In this document: positions 9,929 through 19,721 of the stretch, one piece after another
Layout of the letters: every line of letters starts with the position of its first letter
How positions within the stretch are numbered: position 1 is the first letter of the stretch
From: Spirochaetia bacterium
GTDB taxonomy: Bacteria; Spirochaetota; Spirochaetia; CAKZLE01
Assembly: GCA_963677595.1 (NCBI GenBank)
Contig: OY782041.1
Coordinates: forward strand, 2,560,001 to 2,624,000
Reading direction: 5' to 3'
Length of the DNA: 64,000 bases
The notes under the pieces: generated by a model
Databases searched by the model: none
Seen by the model: only the letters and a program-made list of their open reading frames with translations
Told to the model about the DNA's origin: nothing
Made by a program: the position numbers and the translations under genes

Positions 9929-11173
9929 TCATGCATGGCCCTGCTGTATGAGTGCCCGGTCCAGCGGGTAGCCCCAGTAGGCTGCCTGCAGGATATGGCG
10001 CACATCGTCACAGGAGACCTGCTCCGGGTTGTAGAAATGGGAGCCGTCCCCGAGGGCCTCACACGCGATGAGGTCCAGATGGTCAGGGCGAACTGCCGGA
10101 CCTCCTGCACGGTCGGTCACATCGTGGAGCCTGGTCACGTGTTTCCCTGCGGTTGCCCTGTTCAGCCGGTCATTGAGGTCCCTGATGGCCGTGATCATCT
10201 CCTCCGCGTCCCTTGGTTCCCCGAAGAAACAGAAGGAGAGGTCGGTAAGTTCCTTCCGGATCTTGTGCAGGTTGTACTCGAGCCCGTAGGGGAGCAGGAT
10301 GCTCATCGCCAGTCCGTGATGCACGCCGCAGATCGAACCGACCGTATGGCCTACCATATGGACGATCCCTACCATGGAGTTCGAGAATGCCTGACCGGCG
10401 AGGTTGGACCCGACAGCCAGGGCGAGCCTGCTCTCAGTGTCCTTCGGATGCTTCACCGCATGCTCGAGGTTCTCCAGGATCAGCCGGATCGCCTCTAAGG
10501 CCAGCCCGTCGCTCAGGGGGTTCTTCCCCAGGCCGGTATAGGCCTCGATCGCATGGGTGAGCGCATCCATGCCGGTCGCCGCAGTGATGTGCGCGGGCAG
10601 GGTCACCGTCAGGGCAGGGTCGAGCAGGGCTGCGGACGGCTGGATGAAGGGGGAGGTGAAGAGCATCTTCCGCTTCCGTTCATGGTCCTTGATCACCGCC
10701 ACGAGGGTGGATTCACTCCCGGTCCCCGACGTGGTGGGCAGGACCACGAGTGGACGGAGTTCCCGGGAGATGATGTCAGCCCCGGCAAATCGGCGGAGGT
10801 CGGGTTCCTCATCCTTCCCGGAGAGGGAGACCACGATGTTCACCCCCTTTGCCGTATCGATTACCGAACCCCCTCCCAGGGCGATGATCCCGTCGCATCC
10901 GCCGTCCCGGTAGGCTGCGGCGATCGTGTTCACCGTCCTGAGGTCGGAATCGGGAGGGATGTCGGTGAAGACGGGCGGCTGGTCATGCTCATCGCTGCCG
11001 AGAGCCTCGATGATGGTCCCGACCAGGCCCGCTTTCTCGAGTCCCTTGTCCGAGAGGATGATGGGGTTCGAGACGTGCAGGGAGTCGAGCAGGTAGGGCA
11101 GACGCTCGAGGGCGTGCTCCCCTGAGATGATCCGGGGCCGGGAGGAGAAGCGGTAGAAGGACGGAAGTCTCAC
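9929..11173 (-). CDS. Iron-containing alcohol dehydrogenase
   Basis: GGGSVIDTAK, PTTSGTGSE, DALTHAIE, H..GH, HG metal ligands. Confidence 0.92.
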   Translation of the reverse strand: MRLPSFYRFSSRPRIISGEHALERLPYLLDSLHVSNPIILSDKGLEKAGLVGTIIEALGSDEHDQPPVFTDIPPDSDLRTVNTIAAAYRDGGCDGIIALGGGSVIDTAKGVNIVVSLSGKDEEPDLRRFAGADIISRELRPLVVLPTTSGTGSESTLVAVIKDHERKRKMLFTSPFIQPSAALLDPALTVTLPAHITAATGMDALTHAIEAYTGLGKNPLSDGLALEAIRLILENLEHAVKHPKDTESRLALAVGSNLAGQAFSNSMVGIVHMVGHTVGSICGVHHGLAMSILLPYGLEYNLHKIRKELTDLSFCFFGEPRDAEEMITAIRDLNDRLNRATAGKHVTRLHDVTDRAGGPAVRPDHLDLIACEALGDGSHFYNPEQVSCDDVRHILQAAYWGYPLDRALIQQGHA

Positions 11174-12294
11174 AGTTCACCTCCCATGATGGTCTCACTC
11201 GACGAATGGGTGACGAGGTCCCTGATCAGGGTCAGGACCTCGGAGTTGTCTTCATGACTCATGAGCCGGTAGGACTGCCGGACCATCGATGCGATGATCG
11301 AACGGGTCCTGCCGCAGTGAAAATAGGGCTCATACCTCCCGAGCAGGTCGATGATCATCTCGTCGGCCCGCTTCCATGGGCGGGGACCGCTAATGATCTC
11401 CATCTCCCCGAGCAGCCGGTCATAGGCGGACCCCTTGCTGAAATCGAGCTGGTGGAGGAAGTAGGGCAGGAGGGCCGAGGCTGCCTGGGCCCCGGTGGAG
11501 AACCGCGATATCCTGCACATCTCGGCAAGGATCATCACCGGTCCCGGGGGGAAGTTGCTGTGGACGATCTGGGCTGTGACGGCTGCATCGACCAGTGCGA
11601 TGCGGGAAGCCGGTGTGTCCATCCCGGCATGGTCTGAGAGGAAGTGATAGACCGATTTCGTCAGGCCGAGGGTGATCGGGTTCATGACCTGCTTCCGGTA
11701 GGCCTCACAGCTCTGGGCAAGGGTGATCACGGCGGCGGATGCGAGTGCTTTCCTGTCGGCGCGGCTCAAGACCCGGTCATCGATGACGATGCAGTCGGGG
11801 TAGAGCGAGGTGTCGTGGAACCTGAACTCGTCGATGAGCAGCCGGTCAGTCGCCTCCCACCCGTCGATGTACTCATCGAGAACTGCGATATAGGGCATGG
11901 TAACATAGGCATCACAGGGGAGAGCTCCGATCTCCTTCAGCGTGAGGCCGCAGCTGTACATGATATTGAGCAGTTTCGCCACCGACTGGATCGTACCGCT
12001 CCCGAGGGCGATGATGGAATCGCTCCCCGATTCCTTCATGAGGGTGAGCAGCTCCTCGAGCTCTCCTCGGCCGGGTTCGTCTGCGAGGCGGCAAACCGGG
12101 CCGATCTCGAGGGCGGGATCGCTGCATGCGCCTGCAAGGAGTCTCTCGATCCGTGCCCCCCGGCTCTCATGGCTGAGAATGACTGGATGGTGCACTCCCC
12201 GCGCACGCAGTTCACCCGGGATCGTCTCAAGGGCCTTCAGGCCTGAACAGACAGTCGGACGTGCAAGGAAATCATATTCAAAAACCGTTCTCAT
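11170..12294 (-). CDS. Divergent Fe-ADH-fold protein (metal ligands apparently missing)
   Basis: IIALGSGT in place of GGGS; LAQSCEAY in place of LTHAIEAY; adjacent to intact ADH. Confidence 0.6.
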   Translation of the reverse strand: MRTVFEYDFLARPTVCSGLKALETIPGELRARGVHHPVILSHESRGARIERLLAGACSDPALEIGPVCRLADEPGRGELEELLTLMKESGSDSIIALGSGTIQSVAKLLNIMYSCGLTLKEIGALPCDAYVTMPYIAVLDEYIDGWEATDRLLIDEFRFHDTSLYPDCIVIDDRVLSRADRKALASAAVITLAQSCEAYRKQVMNPITLGLTKSVYHFLSDHAGMDTPASRIALVDAAVTAQIVHSNFPPGPVMILAEMCRISRFSTGAQAASALLPYFLHQLDFSKGSAYDRLLGEMEIISGPRPWKRADEMIIDLLGRYEPYFHCGRTRSIIASMVRQSYRLMSHEDNSEVLTLIRDLVTHSSSETIMGGEL

Positions 12295-12303
12295 CCAACT
12301 CCC

Positions 12304-12828
12304 CTAATACCCGATGATCGTCCGCAGGTAGAGCCTGCCGCGCAGGGATGCCAGTCTCCCCGGCCTTCTGTAGCGTTTGACAGCCCGTTTCGAGAGGAAG
12401 GCTGGCAGCAGGAGTATCTCTATCTCATCGAGGACCCTCACGAAGGTGCAGCCGTGGTCCAAGTCCCCGACCATGCTGATCCGATCATGGGCCGCAGCTG
12501 CGGCAGTGCTCTCCCGGAAGGTGAGCAGCAGCATCGCAGACTCGATGTCATGCACCTGGAGGTCCAGGTCTATTCCACGCTCCCCTGCATCCCTGCCGAG
12601 GTAGCTGATACCGCCTGAGAGGCTCTTCCTGATGACCATGCGCGGTCCGTCCGGCATGACGCTCAGGGCGAAGGTATACTCCTCAGGCAGGGAGAAGAGC
12701 TCCTCCTTGATGAGCGGGTCCAGGTGGACCGACGCCTGGATGGACCTTCCAACGAACCAGAGCAGGGTCCTGAGGTAGAGTCTCTTGAACGGCTTCCTGG
12801 CCGGATGCAGCTTCTGCTTCACTCTCAT
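12304..12828 (-). CDS. Conserved hypothetical protein, possible SCP2-like fold
   Basis: First gene of ADH operon; AAGGAG RBS upstream; C-terminal 'RISMVGDL' resembles SCP2-type ends. Confidence 0.55.
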   Translation of the reverse strand: MRVKQKLHPARKPFKRLYLRTLLWFVGRSIQASVHLDPLIKEELFSLPEEYTFALSVMPDGPRMVIRKSLSGGISYLGRDAGERGIDLDLQVHDIESAMLLLTFRESTAAAAAHDRISMVGDLDHGCTFVRVLDEIEILLLPAFLSKRAVKRYRRPGRLASLRGRLYLRTIIGY

Positions 12829-12951
12829 AACGGTAAAAACTCCTTGCAATATTCTAATACACAAGCTCAGATATGTATACCTGTTATCGGGACAACCTCG
12901 CATGCACTTCTCATTGACAGAGACAACCCCGTGGTAGTAGAGTGGTTGGAA
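12740..12951. repeat. Long direct repeat copy 1 (IS1634 target duplication, 212 bp)
   Basis: Matches 15110-15322 with 3 substitutions and one 1-bp indel. Confidence 0.95.
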
Positions 12952-15109
12952 CCTGTGTTTTTACCAATTTAGGAAATGACGGCGCTAACCTATTGCAATA
13001 CAACACAATAGGTCAGCACCTGGCTAAAAAAACTTGTAGTACGTCCCTACCGTTTCCGGTTTTTTTTCGTCTCAGCGATCATCTTCTTGATCGCAGCTCT
13101 CGAGTATACATTCATGCCGAACGGGATTCCCATCTTTTCCTTCAAAGCCTTTTGGACTTCATCGTACTGCAAAGTCATGTACGTTGCCCCAGTGATCTCT
13201 GCGACATTCGCCTGATTCAGGGAAGTCCCTATCTGCTCTGTTGAGAATTCATGATCGAGTTCATGCTCCAGGATACGCAGGATGAGCAGAGCGATGAAGC
13301 AGGTAAGGAAGTGGGAATGAATTCGATCCTCTAAAGACAGAAAGACCGGACGGGCATCCAACTCACTCTTGGTGACCCTGAAGGACTGTTCGATCTTCCA
13401 CAGCCCATGGTACATCGTAATAATATCCAGAGGGCCAATCGGCCGGTTGAGCTGCAGCATGCCCTCTTCTTTGAGCCAGCGGTGAGGTGTGGCAAACGCA
13501 GGCTCGAGTTCACCGGTCTCATGTCCCCTGGCATCGACAAACGGTCTGAGCCCCGTCACATTGGTCTCAATGACATAGAATCCGTCAAACGACTCATCTT
13601 CTTCAAGCTTGGCAGCATCAAACTCCGTCTTGGCCTTATAGTTGTCGGTATACTTCTTGGTCTGGGGATCATAGACCATGGTCATCAGATACTTGTTCTT
13701 CCCGTAGTTACTGTCGATGACTTCCTTACTCTGCCGTGATGATGCATCAAGCGCATGCTCTACCGCTTCCAGCCGCTGCGCTTTGGCTCGTTTGTCATAC
13801 GCACGTGACCAATAGATGATCTGGTAGTGGCCAACACCTGAGGAGGCTACCCGCTTGCCGTCCGTGTTCGTCACATAGGTGGGTTTCTGCTCATCAAGGA
13901 TCTTGTACTTGGACCAGACTGCCGTCTCGTTGTCACCAGGCGCAATGAGCTTCCCGTCTTCCGCAAACCGCAGATAGCCATGAGGATCCCTGACCGCCTG
14001 CTTGAGTTTTTTCGTCCCGCCCCGTACCGACTTGCTGAAGACATACCCGTTATGATGGAGGATCACATCTGCGATGTTGTTCCCCGTGAGCATGGCCTTG
14101 TCAGCTACGAAGATCAGATGCTTGGCCTCAAACAGGGTTCTGGCATGCTCGCTCATTGCTTCAAAGGTCAGGCAGTCATTGACATTACCGGGAAACAAGT
14201 CAAAGGACACCGGGAAGCCCTGTTCATCCATGAACAGCCCCATCTGCACGATCGGTAACGGACGGTGCTCCTTGCAGATTCCCCTTATGCGAAAATCATC
14301 AGCTTCGTCGATCTCAAAGTAGTAGTTGGTCACATCATAGTACATGAGGGTGGTATCCCGGTCATAGAGTTCTACCATCTTCGCATGCAGGTGAGCGATC
14401 AGGTCATCAGTCCAGGGGTTGATGTGAGAAAGGGTCTGGTATACCGCATTGAGATTGAAGTCCATCTTGTCAAAGTATCGCCTTCGAGACTTCCAGGTAG
14501 CGCGTTTGGAGGCAGGAGCCAGAATACGCTCATAGATGAGGAGTTTCATGACAGCGGTCAGATTGAACTGCACATCAAGCTTTATCCGGCGCCGATCAAA
14601 GAAGGTGTGGAGGTCAAGGGTGTGGAATACCTGACTGATCGCCGCATGGCCGATGTTGAATTCACGGGAGAAGCTGTGGGTATCCGGATCGAAGGGAAGC
14701 CGTGCATCGGGTTGGAGTTCAACCCCTATAGTCTTCTGCTGAGCTTTCCGCTCTGCTGTGATCCGCTTGGCCTCTGCTTTGAAGTGAGCGACCGGGTCAT
14801 CATAGCGATCAAGGAAGTCCTCGACATAGCCGATGGTTTCCTCCGTGGTTTTCTTAGTCTTTTTCCCTTTGCGGGTACTTGTGACGTACTGCATCAGATG
14901 CTTGCCGGTTGCGTGTTCTGGGATAACGGAGACATACATGGGCTACCTCCTGTGTAATATAGTGTAACACATTTGGTAGCGTGGCGCAACGTGGTACAAC
15001 GTAGCACAGTAATATTTCTTTAAAAATTCGTAATGGCCAAAAAAATAGCCCTAGACAGGGCTGAAATGGGGAAAATGGGCATACTCGCTAATTCTGGTAA
15101 AAAGACCGG
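12952..15109 (-). mobile_element. IS1634-family insertion sequence
   Basis: Imperfect TIRs CCTGTGTTTTTACCAATTTAG / CCGGTCTTTTTACCAGAATTAG (right end, reverse complement); lies exactly between the long direct repeats. Confidence 0.92.
13047..14939 (-). CDS. IS1634-family DDE transposase
   Basis: YYDVTNYYFE, FVADKAM, YHGLWKIEQSFRVTKSEL..RPVFL..EDRIHSH. Confidence 0.95.
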   Translation of the reverse strand: MYVSVIPEHATGKHLMQYVTSTRKGKKTKKTTEETIGYVEDFLDRYDDPVAHFKAEAKRITAERKAQQKTIGVELQPDARLPFDPDTHSFSREFNIGHAAISQVFHTLDLHTFFDRRRIKLDVQFNLTAVMKLLIYERILAPASKRATWKSRRRYFDKMDFNLNAVYQTLSHINPWTDDLIAHLHAKMVELYDRDTTLMYYDVTNYYFEIDEADDFRIRGICKEHRPLPIVQMGLFMDEQGFPVSFDLFPGNVNDCLTFEAMSEHARTLFEAKHLIFVADKAMLTGNNIADVILHHNGYVFSKSVRGGTKKLKQAVRDPHGYLRFAEDGKLIAPGDNETAVWSKYKILDEQKPTYVTNTDGKRVASSGVGHYQIIYWSRAYDKRAKAQRLEAVEHALDASSRQSKEVIDSNYGKNKYLMTMVYDPQTKKYTDNYKAKTEFDAAKLEEDESFDGFYVIETNVTGLRPFVDARGHETGELEPAFATPHRWLKEEGMLQLNRPIGPLDIITMYHGLWKIEQSFRVTKSELDARPVFLSLEDRIHSHFLTCFIALLILRILEHELDHEFSTEQIGTSLNQANVAEITGATYMTLQYDEVQKALKEKMGIPFGMNVYSRAAIKKMIAETKKNRKR

Positions 15110-15322
15110 ATGGACCTTCCGACGAACCAGAGCAGGGTCCTGAGGTAGAGTCTCTTGAACGGCTTCCTGGCCGGATGCAGCTTCTGCTTCACTCTCATAA
15201 CGGTAAAAAACTCCTTGCAATATTCTAATACACAACCTCAGATATGTATACCTGTTATCGGGACAACCTCGCATGCACTTCTCATTGACAGAGACAACCC
15301 GGTGGTAGTAGAGTGGTTGGAA
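15110..15322. repeat. Long direct repeat copy 2 (213 bp)
   Basis: Duplicate of 12740-12951; holds the 5' fragment of the SCP2-like gene and the divergent intergenic region. Confidence 0.95.
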
Positions 15323-15335
15323 AGGGGTGAGCCGG

Positions 15336-15752
15336 ATGGCATTGGTGATCAATGAATCCTGTATCGGCTGCGGGGCATGCAAAGAGGTGTGCCCGGTCGG
15401 GGCGATCACGGGTAAGAAGAAAGGCAGGCACACGATCGATGAGAAGCTTTGCATAGAGTGCGGGGCTTGCGGCAGGGTGTGCCCCGCCGGGGCCGTGGAT
15501 GACCTGTCGGGGACCCTCATGAAAAGGGTCCCGCGCAGCGAATGGCTCGTTCCCCACATCGACATCTCGCGATGCGTCTCCTGCGAGAGCTGCGTCGAAG
15601 TCTGCCCCGCGGATGCCCTCGTCATGGTCGATGATGAGTACCATGGCCGCCTGATCCCGGCACTCGCCTATCCACGATCCTGCGTCAGCTGCTGGTGGTG
15701 TTCGGAGCATTGTCAGTTCAGTGCCATCACCATGCACAAGCTGGTGCTGTAG
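15336..15752 (+). CDS. Polyferredoxin (4 x 4Fe-4S)
   Basis: Four CxxCxxCxxxC motifs. Confidence 0.9.
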   Translation: MALVINESCIGCGACKEVCPVGAITGKKKGRHTIDEKLCIECGACGRVCPAGAVDDLSGTLMKRVPRSEWLVPHIDISRCVSCESCVEVCPADALVMVDDEYHGRLIPALAYPRSCVSCWWCSEHCQFSAITMHKLVL

Positions 15753-15771
15753 CGGGAAACAAAGGATACCT

Positions 15772-17649
15772 ATGATTAACGAGAAAGGCTTCAGCAACCA
15801 CTACCTCTATATCAACCTGACCGATCGGAGCTGGTCCGTCAGGCGCCTGACGGAGAAGGAGCTTACCGACTACATCGGGGGGAAGGGGACCGGGCTGAAG
15901 CTCTTCAATGACCATTTTCAGGACCTCGCACAGATCGACCCGCTCGGGGAGGAGAACCTCCTCTGTTTCACGATGAGCCCCCTCCTCGCGACCGGTGCTC
16001 CCTGCAGCGCCCGGTTCGACGGCGTGACGAAATCTCCCCTCACCGGCATCATGGTCACCTCCTCCTGCGGGGGACCCTTCGGCTATGCCTGCAAGACCGC
16101 CGGCTGGGACGGCATCCTCATAGAGGGGCGTTCGAAGGAACCGGTCCTGCTCTCCGTCAATTATGAGGGGGTCGACTTCCTTGATGCGAAGCACCTGTGG
16201 GGGATGGGCACGGCACAGGCCCAGGGGGCCCTGGGGCTCAGTCCGAAGGATGCTGCCCTCGTCATCGGCCCCGCGGGGGAGAATCTCGTCCCCTATGCGA
16301 ACATCTGTTCCGGTGAACGGTTCCTCGGACGCGGCGGTATGGGAGCGGTCATGGGATCGAAGAACCTGAAGGCCGTTGTCGCGAGGGGGAGGGCCTACCA
16401 GGTCTCCCCGGCACATGAACGGCAGTTCCGCAGGTTGTCGAAGAGGACCAGGAAGTATATCGAACGCAACAGGTACCTGCAGCAGTACCGGAAGTACGGT
16501 ACCAATACCAATGTGGCGATCAGCATGGAACAGGGTTTCGCCCCCGTTGACAACTTCAGGCGCCGAACCGATAAACGGATCAGGCACCTGACTGGTGAAC
16601 TGCAGCAGGACCGGTACCGCACCCGCTTCTCGGCCTGCCGGCACTGTTCCATCCTCTGCGGCCACAAGGGGTACTACCCTGACGGGAAGCTCCGCCAGAT
16701 ACCCGAGTATGAGACGACCGGCATGTTCGGCCCGAACATCGGGAACTACAACCCCGATATCATCGGGCAGTGGAACGAGCAGCTCAACGACCTCGGTCTT
16801 GATACCATCTCCGCGGGCGGGACCATCGCCTGGGCGATGGAAGCAACGGAGGAGGGGATCTTCTCAAGCGACCTTGCCTTCGGGCACCCGGAGAACATCA
16901 CTGAGACGATCGCCGCGATTGCCTCCCGGACAGGCATCGGCGAGGAGCTCGCCCTCGGTTCCAGGGCATTGAGTGAGAAATACGGGGGGGCAGGGTATGC
17001 CTGCCAGGTGAAGGGGATGGAACTTGCCGCCTACGACCCGAGGGGGTCCTGGGGACAGGGACTTGCCTATGCGGTGAACAACCGCGGCAGCTGCCACCTC
17101 GGCTCATACATGGTCGGTCCCGAAGCCATGTTTGGCTTCCTCCATCCGCATTCCACGAGGTCGAAGGCCCATTGGGCCTGCTTCTTCGAGAATATCTATA
17201 CCGGGATCAACTCCCTGCAGACCTGCCAGTTCATGGCGTTCGCCGTCCTGCTCGAGCCTCCCATCGTGAGGTTGACCCCCGCCCCGATCCTCAGCTTCGC
17301 CATGAGCCGGCTTCCCGGCCTTGCCGCAGCCCTGATGGACTGGGGCATCCTCAGCGGCTTCTTCGAGGCCTCGACCGGGCTGACGATGAGCCAGCGGGAT
17401 TTCTATACTGCCGGTGAACGGATCCATGTGCTGGAACGGTGGATGAACACGAGGATGGGGATCTCCGCTGAGGACGATACCCTCCCTGCCAGGTTCCTCG
17501 AACCGTCGGAGGGAGATGGGTCAGGGAAGCAGGTCGACCTTGAGCCGATGGTACGGGAGTATTATGAGATCCGCGGATATGATGAGAACGGGATCCCGAG
17601 GGACTCGACACTCGAGCGCCTCGGGCTGGTCCCGCATGCTCAGCAGTAG
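15772..17649 (+). CDS. Aldehyde:ferredoxin oxidoreductase (AOR family)
   Basis: KSPLTG, GRGGMGAVMGSKNLKA, CxxCxxxC, PEYET, DLGLDTIS, DDTLPARF. Confidence 0.93.
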   Translation: MINEKGFSNHYLYINLTDRSWSVRRLTEKELTDYIGGKGTGLKLFNDHFQDLAQIDPLGEENLLCFTMSPLLATGAPCSARFDGVTKSPLTGIMVTSSCGGPFGYACKTAGWDGILIEGRSKEPVLLSVNYEGVDFLDAKHLWGMGTAQAQGALGLSPKDAALVIGPAGENLVPYANICSGERFLGRGGMGAVMGSKNLKAVVARGRAYQVSPAHERQFRRLSKRTRKYIERNRYLQQYRKYGTNTNVAISMEQGFAPVDNFRRRTDKRIRHLTGELQQDRYRTRFSACRHCSILCGHKGYYPDGKLRQIPEYETTGMFGPNIGNYNPDIIGQWNEQLNDLGLDTISAGGTIAWAMEATEEGIFSSDLAFGHPENITETIAAIASRTGIGEELALGSRALSEKYGGAGYACQVKGMELAAYDPRGSWGQGLAYAVNNRGSCHLGSYMVGPEAMFGFLHPHSTRSKAHWACFFENIYTGINSLQTCQFMAFAVLLEPPIVRLTPAPILSFAMSRLPGLAAALMDWGILSGFFEASTGLTMSQRDFYTAGERIHVLERWMNTRMGISAEDDTLPARFLEPSEGDGSGKQVDLEPMVREYYEIRGYDENGIPRDSTLERLGLVPHAQQ

Positions 17650-18839
17650 TCCTTCAGGACCGATTCCAGGATATGCATCGCGGTCTTGACCTCCTCGGTG
17701 GAGACGACCAGCGGCGGTACGAACCTGACGACATGGGTACCTGAGCCGACGAGCAGCAGTCCCTTCTCAAGACAGCCTGCTATGACAGGCTTCACTTCCC
17801 TGGTGAGCTCCATCCCCATCATGAGTCCCATGCCCCTGACTTCCTTGACCAGGGAAGGGTAGGTACTTGCCATACCGAGCAGCATATCCTTGAGGAGCCT
17901 TGACGATTCCTGGATGGCGGCGAGGAACCCATGGCTCTTCAGCAATGATGTCATGTACCCTGCTGCGGCACCCGCGAGGAAGTTGCCGCCGAAGGTGGAG
18001 GCATGGTCACCCGGCTCGAAGGTATCTGCCGCCTTCTCCCCGATGACGAGCGCCCCGGTCGGGACTCCCGCACCGAGGGCCTTGGCAAGCGAGACGGCAT
18101 CCGGCTTCACGCCGAACTGCTGGTATGCGAAGGGCAGGCCGGTCCTGCCCATGCCGCACTGGACCTCATCGAAGATCAGCAGGATGTCATGCTCATCGCA
18201 CAGGTCCCTGACTCCCTTGAGGAATGCCTGTTCTGCAGGCCTGATGCCCCCCTCGCCCTGGATGGGTTCGATGAGGATCGCGCAGGTCCTGCTGTCGATC
18301 AGGGACTTGACGCTCTCGAGGTCGTTGAACTCGGCATACGTGATGTCCGGCATCATCGGGGCGAAGTTCTTATGGTACTTCTGCTGCCCGGTAGCCGTCA
18401 CGGCACCGTAGGTCCTGCCGTGGAACGAGTTGGCCATGGAGATGATCTTGTTGGCATTGGGGCTCTTGTGCTTGTGCCCGTACTTCCGTGCCAGCTTCAG
18501 CGCCGCCTCGTTCGCCTCGGCGCCGCTGTTGCAGAAGAAGACGTTCTTCAGGCCGCTCAGCTCGACGAGGTTCTGTGCCGCCTGGATGGCATAGTTGTTC
18601 CAGTAGAGGTTGGAGCAGTGGAGGATCCCCCCCTGCAGCACCTTCTCGAGTGCCGCGGTCAGGCCGGTGTGGCCGTAGCCCAGGGCATTCACGGCGATGC
18701 CTGCCACGAAGTCGAGGTACTCCTTGCCGTCACTGTCGGTGACGGTACAGCCTTCCCCCGATTCCAGCACGATGGGGAACTGTGCATAGGTCGGTGCGAA
18801 CACCTGTCCCCCTGTCTGTATGATCTCTTGCGTCTTCAT
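17640..18839 (-). CDS. argD: Acetylornithine aminotransferase
   Basis: NSGAEANEAA, FHGRT, DEVQCGMGRTG, AKALG; in arg operon. Confidence 0.93.
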   Translation of the reverse strand: MKTQEIIQTGGQVFAPTYAQFPIVLESGEGCTVTDSDGKEYLDFVAGIAVNALGYGHTGLTAALEKVLQGGILHCSNLYWNNYAIQAAQNLVELSGLKNVFFCNSGAEANEAALKLARKYGHKHKSPNANKIISMANSFHGRTYGAVTATGQQKYHKNFAPMMPDITYAEFNDLESVKSLIDSRTCAILIEPIQGEGGIRPAEQAFLKGVRDLCDEHDILLIFDEVQCGMGRTGLPFAYQQFGVKPDAVSLAKALGAGVPTGALVIGEKAADTFEPGDHASTFGGNFLAGAAAGYMTSLLKSHGFLAAIQESSRLLKDMLLGMASTYPSLVKEVRGMGLMMGMELTREVKPVIAGCLEKGLLLVGSGTHVVRFVPPLVVSTEEVKTAMHILESVLKDYC

Positions 18840-19711
18840 TCTGCATCCCCCTCCGCGGTGATCATGGTGCCGATCCCCTTGTTTGTGAATATCTCGAGCA
18901 GCATGCAGTGCTCGATCCTCCCGTCGAGGATATGGACCCGCTTCACGCCCTTCTCGATGCCGTCTATGCAGCAGAGGGCCTTGGGGATCATCCCCCCTGA
19001 GATGGTCCCGTCCTCGATGAGCTTCTTCGCGCTCGTCACGTCGATACGCCTGATGATGGAGTCCTCGTCGTTGACATCCTTCATGATGCCCTCGACATCG
19101 GTCAGGAAGACGAGCTTCTCGGCGTTCAGCGCACCGGCGATGGCAGAGGCTGCGAAATCGGCATTGATGTTGTAGGTATGCCCCAGACTGTCCGTCCCGA
19201 TCGGTGCGATGACGGGGATGAAGTCGTTCTCTATGAGTGAGGAGATGAGCGAAGGGTTCACCCTCCTGATCGACCCGACGAAGCCGACATCCTCCCCGTT
19301 GACGAGGTGTTTCTCCGCTTCGAGGGTGTTCGCATCCTTCCCGTTGATCCCGACGGCATTGATCCCGTGGAGCTGGAGGGTCGCGACGATCTGCTTGTTG
19401 ATGTTCCCCGAGAGGACCATCTCAGCCACCTCGGCTGTCTCCTCGTCAGTGACCCGCAGCCCGTTCTTGAAGACTGTCTCCTTCCCCAGCCGGGAGAGGA
19501 GGTCGGTGATCTTCTTCCCGCCGCCGTGAACGATGACCGGCTTCATGCCGACCCGCTTCATCAGGACGATGTCCTCGATGACCTTCTCCTTGATGGTCTC
19601 GTCGGTCATGGCACTGCCGCCGTACTTGACGACGACGACCTGCCCGTAGAAGCTCTTGATGTAGGGGAGTGCCTCGATGAGCACATTCGCTTTCTCTATA
19701 TATTTTTCCAT
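18836..19711 (-). CDS. argB: Acetylglutamate kinase
   Basis: VKYGGSAM, VHGGG, NINAD, GGMIPK. Confidence 0.95.
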   Translation of the reverse strand: MEKYIEKANVLIEALPYIKSFYGQVVVVKYGGSAMTDETIKEKVIEDIVLMKRVGMKPVIVHGGGKKITDLLSRLGKETVFKNGLRVTDEETAEVAEMVLSGNINKQIVATLQLHGINAVGINGKDANTLEAEKHLVNGEDVGFVGSIRRVNPSLISSLIENDFIPVIAPIGTDSLGHTYNINADFAASAIAGALNAEKLVFLTDVEGIMKDVNDEDSIIRRIDVTSAKKLIEDGTISGGMIPKALCCIDGIEKGVKRVHILDGRIEHCMLLEIFTNKGIGTMITAEGDAE

Positions 19712-19721
19712 TGTGTTTCTC

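Noticed and set aside
15020-15625. 201-aa minus-strand ORF and 66-82 aa ORFs overlapping the long repeats
   Set aside because: Shadow frames of the ferredoxin gene and the duplicated DNA; no motifs.
18003-19175. Long antisense ORFs (also 52711-53916, 4407-5342, 15727-16665)
   Set aside because: Expected shadow ORFs opposite well-supported genes in GC-rich, codon-biased DNA.
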